Made by a program: the position numbers and the translations under genes
The notes under the pieces: model-generated
Told to the model about the DNA's origin: nothing
What the model saw: only the letters and a program-made list of their open reading frames with translations
The model's database searches: none
NCBI RefSeq assembly: GCF_006345805.1
Contig: NC_043003.1
Coordinates: forward strand, 48,112,001 to 48,176,000
DNA length: 64,000 nucleotides
Reading direction: 5' to 3'
Source of the DNA: Octopus sinensis
Taxonomy: Eukaryota
Shown: piece by piece, positions 52,411 through 64,000 of the stretch
Layout: every line of letters starts with the position of its first letter
Numbering within the stretch: the first letter of the stretch is position 1

Positions 52411-54768
52411 GTCTTTGCACAGCTTCTAACGCTGGAAATGTATTACAATGTCAGCTGTTCACTACCAGTGAACTAAGGTAACACCCCTTATTTTTCGAAC
52501 ACCTTCCGGAGTATTCGAGCAGTTCCAAATAGTGCTGTTTTCTGCAAGTGCTCCACCCTTATTGCAGCCCCTATTTGTTTCATGTACTTCTCAAGATTTT
52601 TACTACTACCACCTTTTTCATTGACCACAACTGCTTAACCTCTCAAGCTAACCTGTCATATTTATCGACCTTTCTTTCTTCCTTATCGCATACCTTATTG
52701 TCAGCTGGGCATAGTTTACTTTCTTTTTCAATTAAGACTATGTCTGGCTTCCTATTTTCTTTGTCATGGTCGCACTGAATCATCAAATCCCACAGAATCT
52801 TTGCATTATCATTTTTGATAATGCCTTCGGGTTTGTGGTCGTACCAATTTTTTGCTCTGTCAAGTCTGTACTTGTTGCAAAGTGTCCAATGGACAAGCCT
52901 TGCTATATTGTCGTGACGTCTATTATATTCCTTCTGGGCTAGTGGCGTACATTGACTGGTAATATGCCATACGGTTTCACCATTTTGTCCACAAATTCTG
53001 CACTTATCACTTTCTGATGTGTTGTCTATTCTGTATTTTATATAATTTGTTCTTAGTGCTTGCTCTTGGGCAGCACAGATTAGATCCTCCGTTTCCGGTT
53101 TTAAATCACTTTTAGTTATCCACAGCCATCTTTTTTCTCTGTCTGTTTTATCTTTAACATTCCTATGAAATTGTCCATGCATTCTTTTCTTTACCCACCT
53201 ATTTTCAGTTTCATTCGTTTTCAATTGTTTGTATAGTGCTTTATCTTTGCAATCTTTCATCCTACACAAGCTTGACCTTCTTACTTCAAATAATAGTGGT
53301 TCTGTGGTATTTTTTACATACCATACTATGTTGTTTTCTTCTGCTCTAATGCTGTGTTCGAATCCAATAAGTCCTTTTCCCCCTCTTTTTCTTGGTACAT
53401 ACAGTCTGTCTGTGTCACTTTTGGGGTGGAGTGTCCCATATCTAGTTAGCAACTTCCTTGTCTTTCTGTCTAAGCTGTTTAGTTCGTCTACTGTCCATGC
53501 GATAACTCCTGCTCCATATCTAAGGAGTGAAACTGCCCAGGTGTTGGTAGCTTCGATTTTATTCCGTCCGTTTAATTTCGACTTAAGGATCAGTCTCAGT
53601 CTGCGCAAGTACTCCACCTTAAATTTTTCTGTCATTTCTTTCTCCATCAATTTATCTATTTCCAAAATCCCTAAGTACTTATAGCCCGCCTCTTCTATCT
53701 GCTTCATAACCTCCCTCGACGGTATCGCTAGCCCGCCCATACATTTTATTTTGCTTTTCTTCATGACTAGCACACCACACTTTTTCAGTCCGAACTCCAT
53801 TCTGATATAAGCACTGAAGGTATACACAGTATCAACGAGGGAACTGACTTGGGCTTCATCTTTAACATAAAGTTTGAGGTTATCCATGAATAACAAATGG
53901 TTGACTTTTTCTTGGCAGCTTTTGAATACATACCCAGCTTTTGCTTTCCTCAGAATCAGTGTTAGTGGTATCAAGCAGAGTACAAAGATCTACTGTCCCT
54001 AAAACTCTTCGGTATGCTGTCAGATCCGTCCTCCAATTCGCCATACTTTATCCAATCAATCGCTCAACATTCGATGCAATACCAAATAGGATCATACATT
54101 CAATAATCCGAGAATGTGGTATCATATCGTACGCCTTACGATAGTCGATCCATGACATGGCTAAGTTACTTTTCCTCCTCTTGCAGTCTCTAAGTACACT
54201 TTGTCTATCAGGAGTTGATCCTTGGTACCTCTGCACTTACGCTTGCAACCCTTCTGCTCATGTGGTAGGACACCATTTTTCCAGATGTTCATACATTGAC
54301 TCTGCGAGTATTCCAGTCAATAATTTCCACATAAGTGGCAAACAGGATATCAGCCTGTAATTGTCTGCCGTATTGCCTTTTTCGATGTATTTTAAGCACA
54401 GCACTGTCCAACCCAATGTCAACCACTCTGGTGTTACTTGGTCGGCATTTAGCAAAGTGTTGAGTTGCGCAGCTATTCGTGCATGACATTCACCAAATCT
54501 TTTGATCTAGTAGCCTTGAACTCCATCTGGTCCCGGGGCCTTCCAGTTGCTGTTTTTTTGTTTTTTTTTTTGCTGATTTCTTTCACTTCCCTAACCGAAA
54601 TGACTAGTTCTGCCTATTTTGGACAGACTACTGTTTGTTTCAGTTCTTGCAACCATTCAACATCCTTCTTGTACTCCTTGTCTTTGCTCCAGATGTCACT
54701 CCAAACCCTTTGACTTTCATTGTTATCCGGTATGAAATTTTCATCTGTACACTCTCCATTTATCTCTT
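52411..54768 (-). mobile_element. R4/Dong-clade non-LTR retrotransposon, RT + CCHC + RLE (3' part), frameshifted
   Basis: KAPGPDG, DYRKAYD, NHLLFMDNLKLY, YKYLG, CRICGQNGETVWHITSQC, RRHDN, RKPDIV, LQKTALFGTARILRKVFEK*; the 3' end abuts (AAT)n at 52394-52410. Confidence 0.93.
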
Positions 54769-55134
54769 ACTAGCAGTATCGCTCGGCGTTGCTCGGGTTT
54801 GTAAGGGAAATAACTATATAAGCATTTTTAGAGAGTTATAGCCAAAAAATAGCAAAAAAATGCATTAAAAATTGAAAAAAAATTAAGGTAAATTTTTCTT
54901 TAAATCGTTGACACATCGTAGATATTTTTAGAGAGTTACTTCCCTTATATAAAAGCGAAAAAAATGCATTAAAATGGAAAAATATGATCGTAATTTTTTT
55001 TTAATCGTAGACTCATCGTAGACGCGCGCTAATACCCTGAAGGGCTCGTTTGTTATTCTGGGTAACTTTCTGTAAAATTATTAAAATTTTGTTCAAACAT
55101 CGCTATAGAAAATGGGTTATTAGCTAATATTCAA

Positions 55135-57054
55135 GGTTAATATAGGGCGTAACAAATATCAGAAAATCAAAAAAAAAATGTGTGTAATAGGTGTAAAACA
55201 ACTTCCTATGAACGAATATGAAAAAAAAAATTCGCGCACGCGAAAGGGGGGTGGGGGAGAGGCCTCGGAAAATTCACATCGGGAAGTTCCGAAAGCGTCT
55301 GAGGAGCTGACCCGGCACCAAAACAAAAAAAAATAGTGTAATATGTGTAAAACAACTTGCTCTAAACGAATATGACAAAAAAATGCGCTCTCGCGAAAGA
55401 GGGGTGGGGGAGAGTCCTCGGAATATTTATATCGGGAATTTCCGAAAGCGTCTGAACCGGGCACAAAAACAAAAACAAAACAGCGTAATAGGTGTAAAAC
55501 AACTTGCTCTAAACGACTATCATGAAAAAAATGCGCGCTCGCGAAGGGGGGTGGGGGAGGCTTCGGAAATTTCACATCTTCAGTCCACGGCCTTTAAACT
55601 AAGAAAAAATAGTGTAATTGGTGTAAAACTACTTGTTCTAAACGAGTATCAAGAACACACACTCACACATGAATCATAAACTCCGTATTTCGCAAAAAAA
55701 AAAAATAAAGAGAAGAAATTCTGGAAAAAGTGAAGAAATGTTGGATCTCATTCCTTGGTTAAAGCTATTTTTAAACATTAAATTTATGCTTTTCTTTGAA
55801 TAGTTCAGATATATGCAATTCTTTTCACTTATTAAGATGCATTTATCAGAAAAAAAGAGACAGAAAAAATTATTATTTTGTGTCAATCCTTCCCTAATTA
55901 TCCTTTATTAATTAGTTTTGGCGTGTATTTTTTTCCCAAATTTATTTTTTCACCTTTACAACACTGTTTAGTAAAGCAATTAATTATCTTTATAATTTGC
56001 ATATTTGACTTATTAATCAAAATTCTCTAGATGTAATATATACTAAGTAATGCATCCTTCATTTATGTGTTCCGTTCTGTATTATGCATGCGTGACTGTT
56101 TGTATGTAAGTGTGTTTAACTGTGCACATGAATGTGAATATTAAAGAACATATTTATTTACTATGATTGTTATTTTCAGAACAAATAAATCTTTTGGCTG
56201 TTATGTTATTGATGTTATTATTATTGCTAGTTAAAGGGTGGTGACTTGGCTGAATATTTTGAGTCTTGTAGTATGTAGTTGTGTTAGTCAATATTCTGAG
56301 TTCAAATCCAACTCATTTCTTTATCATCATTATCGATGGACCACTCAAAGAGGTATGTATACATTATCATTTTCGTAACATAATTTCTGTAGTATTTCAA
56401 GATGTTTCTGACACGTATTTTGATTCACATGGCGGAGATCCAACATTTCTTCACTTTTTCCAGAATTTCTTCTCTTTATTTTTTTTTTTTTGCGAAATAC
56501 GGAGTTTATGATTCATGTGTGAGTGTGTGTTCTTGATACTCGTTTAGAACAAGTAGTTTTACACCATTACACTATTTTTTCTTAGTTTAAAGGCCGTGGA
56601 CTGAAGATGTGAAATTTCCGAAGCCTCTCCCCCACCCCCCTTTCGCGAGCGCGCATTTTTTTCATGATAGTCGTTTAGAGCAAGTTGTTTTACACCTATT
56701 ACGCTGTTTTTGTTTTTTTTTTGTGCCCGGTTCAGACGCTTTCGGAAATTCCCGATATAAATTTCCGAGGCCTCTCCCCCACCCCTCTTTCGCGAGAGCG
56801 CATTTTTTTTGTCATATTCGTTTAGAGCAAGTTGTTTTACACATATTACACTATTTTTTTTTTGTTTTGGTGCCCGGGTCAGCCCCTCAGACGCTTTTGG
56901 AACTTCCCGATGTGAATTTTCCGAGGCCTCTCCCCCACCCCCCTTTCGCGTGCGCGAATTTTTTTTTTCATATTCGTTCATAGGAAGTTGTTTTACACCT
57001 ATTACACACATTTTTTTTTTGATTTTCTGATATTTGTTACGCCCTATATTAACC
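55135..57054. mobile_element. Non-autonomous foldback DNA transposon (Merlin- or Mutator-like), about 615-bp TIRs, 8-bp TSD
   Basis: Termini GGTTAATATAGGGCG / CGCCCTATATTAACC; TSD atattcaa at 55127-55134 and 57055-57062; TIRs contain 130-155-bp subrepeats; 685-bp non-coding spacer. Confidence 0.85.
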
Positions 57055-58249
57055 ATATTCAATTGGGTATACAACAAAATTTTACGATAGAATTTGTTAT
57101 TCTGGGTAACATTCTGTAAAATTATTAAAATTTTGTTCAAACATCGCTATAGAAAATGGGTTATTAGCTAATATTCAATTGGGTATACAACAAAATTTTA
57201 CGATAGAATTTGTTATTCTGGGTAACTTTCTGTAAAATTATTAAAATTTTGTTCAAACATCGCTATAGAAAATGGGTTATTAGCTAATATTCAATGGGTA
57301 TACAACAAAATTTTACCGATAGAATTTGTTATTCTGGGTAACTTTCTGATACCCATAATAATATTTATGGTAAAATAGGCCTTAATTTCATTTCATTTAA
57401 GGTTGTGGGATAACAAACTATCGTTTCTTTCGTTTTGTTACGTTTAGCGTAACATTCGTTTCGTTTCTGCCGTAATGATTTCAAATGGGCTCATTCGAAA
57501 AAGTAAATAGAAATAGTGTAAGGCTTTACTCTCTTCTGGGAAAGTCTGTGGCTTGGTGCAGTTTCTTCAGAAAAATCACCGAAGAAACAGTTTTTTAAAA
57601 ATTTTCACTCCATTCAGTGCTAATTCGTGTTCTTATCGCTGTCGGATTCACTGTTTTCACTTTAATAGCTGCCACTTGCAAAGACAAAGGAGAGAAAGGT
57701 GATAGCGTCAGTGAAACAATTCGCTCCCTTTGTGTGTGTGTGCGTTTGCGTGTGGTGTAAACCAGACTAAGAAAAGCGTTTGACACACACACCAGAATGT
57801 GAGTTTTCTGTAAATTTTGCTTAATTGGAGTTTAAATTTTAAAAACTGGACCTGGCATGACGCGATGCATTGTACTCTTAAAATTGCTAGGTAAATTGTA
57901 ATTGAAGAAATCCTATATGTAGATTTGTATAACTCCCAAAGGGAGGCAGATAAAATCTGCCTTTTATAATAAGAGATTATAAAAGGCAGATTTTATCTGC
58001 CTCCCTTTGGGAGTTATACAAATCTACAATATAGGATTTCTTCAATTACAATTTACCTAGCAGTTTTAAGAGTACAATGCATCGCGTCATGCCAGGTCCA
58101 GTTTTTAAAATTTAAACTCCAATTAAGCAAAATTTACAGAAAACTCACATTCTGGTGTGTATGTCAAATGTTTTTCTTAATGTGGTTTACACCACACGCA
58201 AACGCACACACACACAAAGGGAGCGAATTGTTTCACTGACGCTATCACC

Positions 58250-59641
58250 CTTCTCCTCCTTTGTCTTTGCAAGTTTGCAGCTATTAAAGTGAAAACAGTG
58301 AATCCGACAGCGATAAAGAAAACGAATTGGTACCTGAATGGAGTGAAAATTTAAAAACTGTTTCTTTCGGTGATTTTTCTGAAGAAACTGCACCAAGCCA
58401 CAGACTTTCCCAGAAGTAAAGCCTTAGACTATTTCTATTTACTTTTTCGAATTTGAAATCATTTGAAATCATTACGGCAGAAACGAAACGTTACGCTAAA
58501 CGTAAACAAAACGAAAGAAAGGATAGTTTGTTATTTCCCACAACCTTAAATGAAATTAAGGCCTATTTTGCCATAAATATTATTATGGGTATCAGAAAGT
58601 TACCCAGAATAACAAATTCTATCGTAAAATTTTGTTGTATACCCAATTGAATATTAGCTAATAACCCATTTTCTATAGCGATGTTTGAACAAAATTTTAA
58701 TAATTTTACAGAAAGTTACCCAGAATACAAATTCTATTGTAAAATTTTGTTGTATACCCAATTGAATATTAGCTAATAACCCATTTTCTATAGCGATGTT
58801 TGAACAAAATTTTAATAATTTTACAGAAAGTTACCCAGAATAACAAATTCTATTGTAAAATTTTGTTGTATCCCCAATTGAATATTAGCTAATAACCCAT
58901 TTTCTATAGCGATGTTTGAACAAAACTTTAATAATTTTACAGAAAGTTACCCAGAATAACAAATTCTATCGTAAAATTTTGTTGTATACCCATTGAATAT
59001 TAGCTAATAACCCATTTTCTATAGCGATGTTTGAACAAAATTTTAATAATTTTACAGAAAGTTACCCAGAATAACAAATTCTATTGTAAAATTTTGTTGT
59101 ATACCCAATTGAATATTAGCTAATAACCCATTTTCTATAGCGATGTTTGAACAAAATTTTAATAATTTTACAGAAAGTTACCCAGAATAACAAATTCTAT
59201 CGTAAAATTTTGTTGTATACCCAATTGAATATTAGCTAATAACCCATTTTCTATAGCGATGTTTGAACAAAATTTTTTAATTTTACAGAAAGTTACCCAG
59301 AATAACAATTCTAATCTATCATAAAATTTTGTTGTATACCCAATTGAATATTAGCTAATAACCCATTTTCTATAGCGATGTTTGAACAAAATTTTAATAA
59401 TTTTATATATTGTTGAATTTACCTGTATCTACCTGCAATTAGAGTCACTTTGTGACAAAAATTATAGTATAGAATTGTTTGAGGACATTTCATTAAATTA
59501 TCTTCCAAAAATCACATTAATATATTGATAAATAAAAAAGTTATAGTTGTTTAATGAAACCAGACTAAATTTATGATTACGTTAGAATTAATTGAAACAC
59601 ATAAGGGGTGTATTTTGGTCAGAAATATAGTAACGAAAGGG
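58250..59641 (+). mobile_element. Internally rearranged piggyBac fragment
   Basis: Broken translation ESDSDKENELVPEW...DFSEETAPSHRL...LDYFYLLF...FEIITAETKRYA...TTLNEIKAYFAINIIMGIRKLPRI; piggyBac-type right end GAAAGGG|TTAA at 59641. Confidence 0.7.
58595..59405 (+). repeat. Tandem array, 115-116-bp unit, 7 copies
   Basis: gaaagttacccagaat recurs at 58595, 58711, 58826, 58942, 59057, 59173 and 59288; inverted copies at 57055-57348 and 55049-55134. Confidence 0.95.
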
Positions 59642-59751
59642 TTAAGAAAAACCAAAATATTTTATTCTTTATAAATGTTGTATTCAAAATAACATTTTCT
59701 TTTAAGAATGCGTATATAACAAAGTATGTGTATATAACTACGTGGCTTATA

Positions 59752-60146
59752 TCTTTATATATAAGAGTGAAGTTGTGTGTCTGTCTCCTACGATTTAGAT
59801 TCCTAACTACTCCCACATTTTGCGGTGCAGTGTAACCAAAACCGGGTATCTTATAGTCGTGAGTCATATCGAGCCCTTCTGGGTATTAGCGCGCGTCTAC
59901 GATGAGTCTACGATTTAAAAACATTTACCATCATATTTTTCCATTTTAATGCATTTTTTCGCTATTATATAAGGGAAGTACTCTCTAAAAATATCTACGA
60001 TGTGTCAACGATTTAAAAAGAAATTTACCTTAATTTTTTTTTCCATTTTAATGCATTTTTTTCCTATTTTTTGGCTATAACTCTCTAAAAATGCTTATAT
60101 AGTTATTTCCCTTACAAACCCGAGCAACGCCGGGCGATTCTGCTAG
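59752..60146 (+). mobile_element. Complete short non-autonomous Helitron (395 bp)
   Basis: A|TCTTTATATATAAG 5' end; 3' hairpin CCCGAGCAACGCCGGG then CTAG|T. Confidence 0.8.
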
Positions 60147-60800
60147 TTTCTTTATAGAATCTCTTCTGATCTACTCTGAATAACCTATTCTGGTGGTAAC
60201 CCTTCATTCTTTGGTCGTATCTTACCTTCTTTGCAACAAGGCGCTGTTTCAGTACCTCCATTACCACTTTCAGGCCCTTTCTTTCAATATTATACTATCT
60301 TTTCAGTGCCCTATATTTTTGTTCGCTTTTAAGCTCCCCTTTTCCTTTTCGGTCTAACACAGAGATTTCCTTCGAGAGCATATATGCCTGTATTCTTCTT
60401 TTCCACCATGCCCATGAATCTTTTCTTTTATCAATCCCATTATATTTCGTTTTCTTGACATCAACACCCAAGTTTTCTGCTACAACAATACTTGCTGCCT
60501 TAATCAAATTATTTGTTTCTGTAATGTTTGTTCTGGTGTATTTCAGAATTTCATTGACATTTTTCGTTTCTTGGTTCAATTTCCACGAATCAACCTTTTT
60601 ACGGTTGCAAATAATGTCGCTATTGTTCTCCTATAGTCTTGCTCTTATTCTATTGTAGATTGCCTTGTGTTCATCTGTCATGTCGCCATTAGTTTTATTA
60701 TCTTCTTTCAGATCATCTAGTCTAAGGGAGACAATCTCTTGTGTTCGGCCTTTATAGTTTGTGTGTTCAAAAATTAGCCACAAGAACTTTTCTTGCCCTA
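60147..60800 (-). mobile_element. R4/Dong element 5' part (continuation across the 5.4-kb insertion)
   Basis: ITETNNLIKAAS...WWKRRIQ, then FRVDQKRFYKE, which joins ...NGECTDENFIP on the far side of the insertion. Confidence 0.85.
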
Positions 60801-60852
60801 TTTTCAACAGAGGTTACAGGCCACTGGCCATTAGGGTCCACTAAAACGAATG

Positions 60853-62058
60853 TGTAACGGATTATGCATATGTTGCAAGGCGAAAGATGATGATGATAAC
60901 ACCAGGAAAGAAAGACAGTGGCCGAAGTTGTAGATAACATTTATTTTTCCATTACAAATAATAAAAGCCAAACCACGACGGGCAGGCGTGTGTAGGAGTT
61001 GGTGACAAATGTCTCCTTTAAAACGCCGCACGGTCGTCCCTAACAAAATATAAGAAGCCAGATACATGATATAAAATATAGAACCAATAGGAATAAATGA
61101 AGGACGACAACCGTTCTACTGTTTGAGAGAGATGAAGACCTTTATTTACGAAGTGTACAAAGAGAGTGCGTGTGGGTGCTAGCAAGGTGGAGTGTCTGTG
61201 TGCATGCGACAAGTGTTTGTGTCTGTGTGCATGCGACAAGTGTTTGTGTCTGTGTGTTCGTGTATACGCCAGAGGTGCATGCGTATAAAACAGAATACAG
61301 AGCATAAGATGAATGTCTCAGCATATTGAGTTAAGATGGAATTTGTTTATCAGTTCGTAAGTGAGGTACACGAGAGCAAGTTCTATAACAAGATGTTGTA
61401 GAAACGAGGCAGAGGCCGGTTGGGCACATGTCATGCAGCGGTTTGTGGCTTCAATGCCGTGCCGAGTCTCTTGATATAGAAAGTTCTTTCAGGTAGACTG
61501 GAACTGTTTTATCTCGGTGAATATTCACAAACAGCGTGGAGTTTAAACCTGGACGATGTTGATGTGTACATATTGTTGAAGTCGCCGGTGATGGAGACGA
61601 CGCAGAGTTGAAGGACGACGATGGTGATGGCGGCGGCAGAGGGAGACGACATCGAGATGAAGGCGACGGAGATGAAGAACGTCCTGTCTGTCGCTGGTGT
61701 ATAATAGCGTCTTCATAGCTGGCTGGCTGGTCGTCTGTCGCTGGAACTGGAACTTGGCTGAGTAGCTCTGTGGTCAGTGACTAGACCTTAGAAGGTCTAG
61801 AGCCAAAGACCCGGAATAGTGAATGCTGGCGCCTTATAAAGCCTGTGGTAGGCTCAAATGTAGCAGACCTTATCCGAAGGCCATGATTGGTTGGCTTACA
61901 CACTGGTGCGAAATAAGTCGAGAGAGACCAACTGCGCCAATGCTAACCAATCAGAGTAGTGGACACAACAGGGTCAAACTAGCCAAAGATGGTTGTGATT
62001 TACCCTGAGATTATTCCTAATATGTCTCTCAAACAGTGAGGATATCAGTTACGTTACA
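60853..62058 (-). mobile_element. Putative solo LTR (about 1.2 kb)
   Basis: TGTAACG...CGTTACA inverted termini; on the minus strand, CCAAT boxes, then TTTATAA, then AATAAA in LTR order; no clean TSD. Confidence 0.5.
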
Positions 62059-62665
62059 TGTGTGTAAAAACAGTCGGAAAGCCTACGAGGTAACGAGAGC
62101 TATATTTTCTTGTAAAAGGGTAGATACCGTTGGACTTACATATTCCAATATTCCCTGTCGTTCTAGCAGCAGTAACTAAATAGATCAAGTGATGTTGTTG
62201 AAACGAAAATGGACAAGGCAACTGTATCACTGTGGATACCATAGCTGTCTTTCTATGACGTTCTGTTGAGATAGTATTTCGCAGCGGTCGGCCTGCTCTC
62301 TGTCGGTCGCTCTCACCTACTGCCTTTTCTTTACAAAATGTTGGTATTTATAATTGTGCAGACTAGCTACGAAAATGGATATACCATTATAACAATGGTT
62401 AAATTAACGTAGGTCAAACTTTGTTTAAACTTTCGATGGTATAACAAGATCCTGGGTCAAACAGAAAACGCATTAATCAGCGCTCTTTTTTGACAGGACA
62501 ATGGGAGAATATCCAGATTCGGTTTCGAATCTCAGGCAGGTAGGACTAATTGAGGTCCCAAATATGCATAGTTGAGCGTTTTATGGACGCCAAATTCCTG
62601 GGTAATCCTATGAACCGGACATAGCTATCTTTATCTTAATACACACACGCGCGCGCGTACATGTA

Positions 62666-63900
62666 TACAACCCTTTATCCGGAAACCTTGAAAACAGTTG
62701 TGTTTTGAATTTCGGATTTTCTCAAATTTCATAACAATAGCCAGCTGCTCCAGATTGTAAACTAGACATAAAAACAGACGTCCTACTAATGTAGCAAAAG
62801 CACAGCGAGTAAAATGAAATTACAAATATTATTACAGTTTATTTATAGAGTAATATACTAATAAATGAAATACTGAGATAATTAAGATCACAAATAACAA
62901 AACACATATAGTAGGGTAATTTAAAAGAAAGATACACGATCCACATATACAGGTTTACGCATTATCATAACATTTCTGTAGAGAGACACATAAGAATCCA
63001 CACTAATTTGAATAAAGAAAGACTACAAATGTTAGTATACTTTATTTATATATTAGAGCCATAAATTGGTTTAAACTAGGCTAAATATGTAGCTGCAGTT
63101 AAGTTGTAGAACAGGGTCCATCAGTGTCACCAACGTCGTCATCAGGCTGCAGACAAACTTCCGACGTCAGGCCAGGAACGGGATTTTCGAGTAACACTAC
63201 GAGAGAGAGCATTTTAAAAGACTTCTTCAAGTGTCAGCTGTCTCATTAGCATAGGTTTCTGTCTAAGCCAATGTCTCCTTGAGTAAACTCTCATAATCTG
63301 ATGCTCACGTATAAATGCACATTGCTCAAGACTAGCTATTAACTGATCACAAATTTTCATCATATCGTCTATAGGAATTTTTTCACCTGTGTCATTATCA
63401 CTACTGTCTTCATTCTTATCCGTATTTAACACCATTTCATCAGTTTCTCCTTCATTGAATGAATGCACAATAGATGCATCATTGTCAATGTCCGCTTCTT
63501 CTAGTTCATTTACACTTCCGCACGATAAACTTTGAGCGTAGTTACAAGTTTTGATATCATCTCATTGGTGACGTGAAATACTCCGAACACGTTATCTATA
63601 GGGTCGTTTTCATCAAGCATCATTATAGGCCAAGCTCTGTGCCAAGCATTTGTTACTGTTGATTTATCAACATCATTTCAAACACTTGCAACTACGTAGA
63701 TGTTATCCTTAACTATAAACTCTTTCAAGTAGTCTTGCATTCTTACTTTGTTTATTACATCTAGCATACAGTTCAGAAAATGATTTTTATAGTTGCTCTT
63801 CATGGAGCGTAAAATTCCTTGGTCTTGTGACCAAGGAATTTTACGCTGTAAAACAGGTATCACATTGAGAGACAAACAAATACCGAAAACATTACTTTTC
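62666..63900 (-). mobile_element. Tigger/pogo transposon remnant
   Basis: DQGILRSMKSNYK...AWHRAW and EKIPIDDMMKICDQLIASLEQCAFI...LMRQLTLEEVF; TIR-like end tacaaccctttatccggaa. Confidence 0.8.
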
Positions 63901-64000
63901 ACAAGATGCTCGGTATATATACTGTATATATATATATATATATAAATCGAAGAATACAGTATTATACATCAATTAAGGCTGATCTTGATAATTGGTTTCG

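Larger units (their letters stand above)
54770..60146. mobile_element. Head-to-head palindromic Helitron composite (both outer ends are hairpin+CTAG 3' termini)
   Basis: About 280-bp outer IRs; central palindrome with 5-nt spacer at 57971-57975; Helitron-like 5' end A|TCTCTTATTATAAAAG on the minus strand at 57976. Confidence 0.75.

Noticed and set aside
58595-59405. Regular repeat array as a CRISPR
   Set aside because: Whole units are near-identical with no unique spacers, there are no cas genes, and the context is eukaryotic.
54770-60146. Assembly or fold-back read artefact
   Set aside because: The arms differ by substitutions, indels, array copy number and a TSD-flanked insertion, which an artefact would not produce. 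Long reads would settle it.

Overview
AT-rich, microsatellite- and SINE-dense animal genomic DNA, most likely a coleoid cephalopod (Octopus-type SINE families and (GAT)n RTE tails; inferred, not searched). The main feature is one spliced protein-coding gene on the minus strand, an SRBD1/Tex-family S1 RNA-binding protein. I traced 14 coding exons by hand from about 40604 down to 4061, all with GT-AG boundaries and consistent phases. The 3' exons (S1 domain) were not found and probably lie left of the window; the first exon/promoter is probably near 50.7 kb. The introns are filled with tRNA-head SINEs, RTE fragments, mariner/Tc1 relics, hairpin MITEs and Penelope-type ends with minimal hammerhead-ribozyme motifs. 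The right third is a nested transposon stack. An R4/Dong-type RLE retrotransposon is split by a 5.4-kb head-to-head (palindromic) Helitron composite, which carries a piggyBac fragment, a 116-bp tandem array and a 1.9-kb foldback element with an 8-bp TSD. A putative solo LTR and a Tigger/pogo relic follow. I found no rRNA, true tRNA gene or CRISPR array. Most short ORFs in the supplied track are microsatellite or SINE artefacts.
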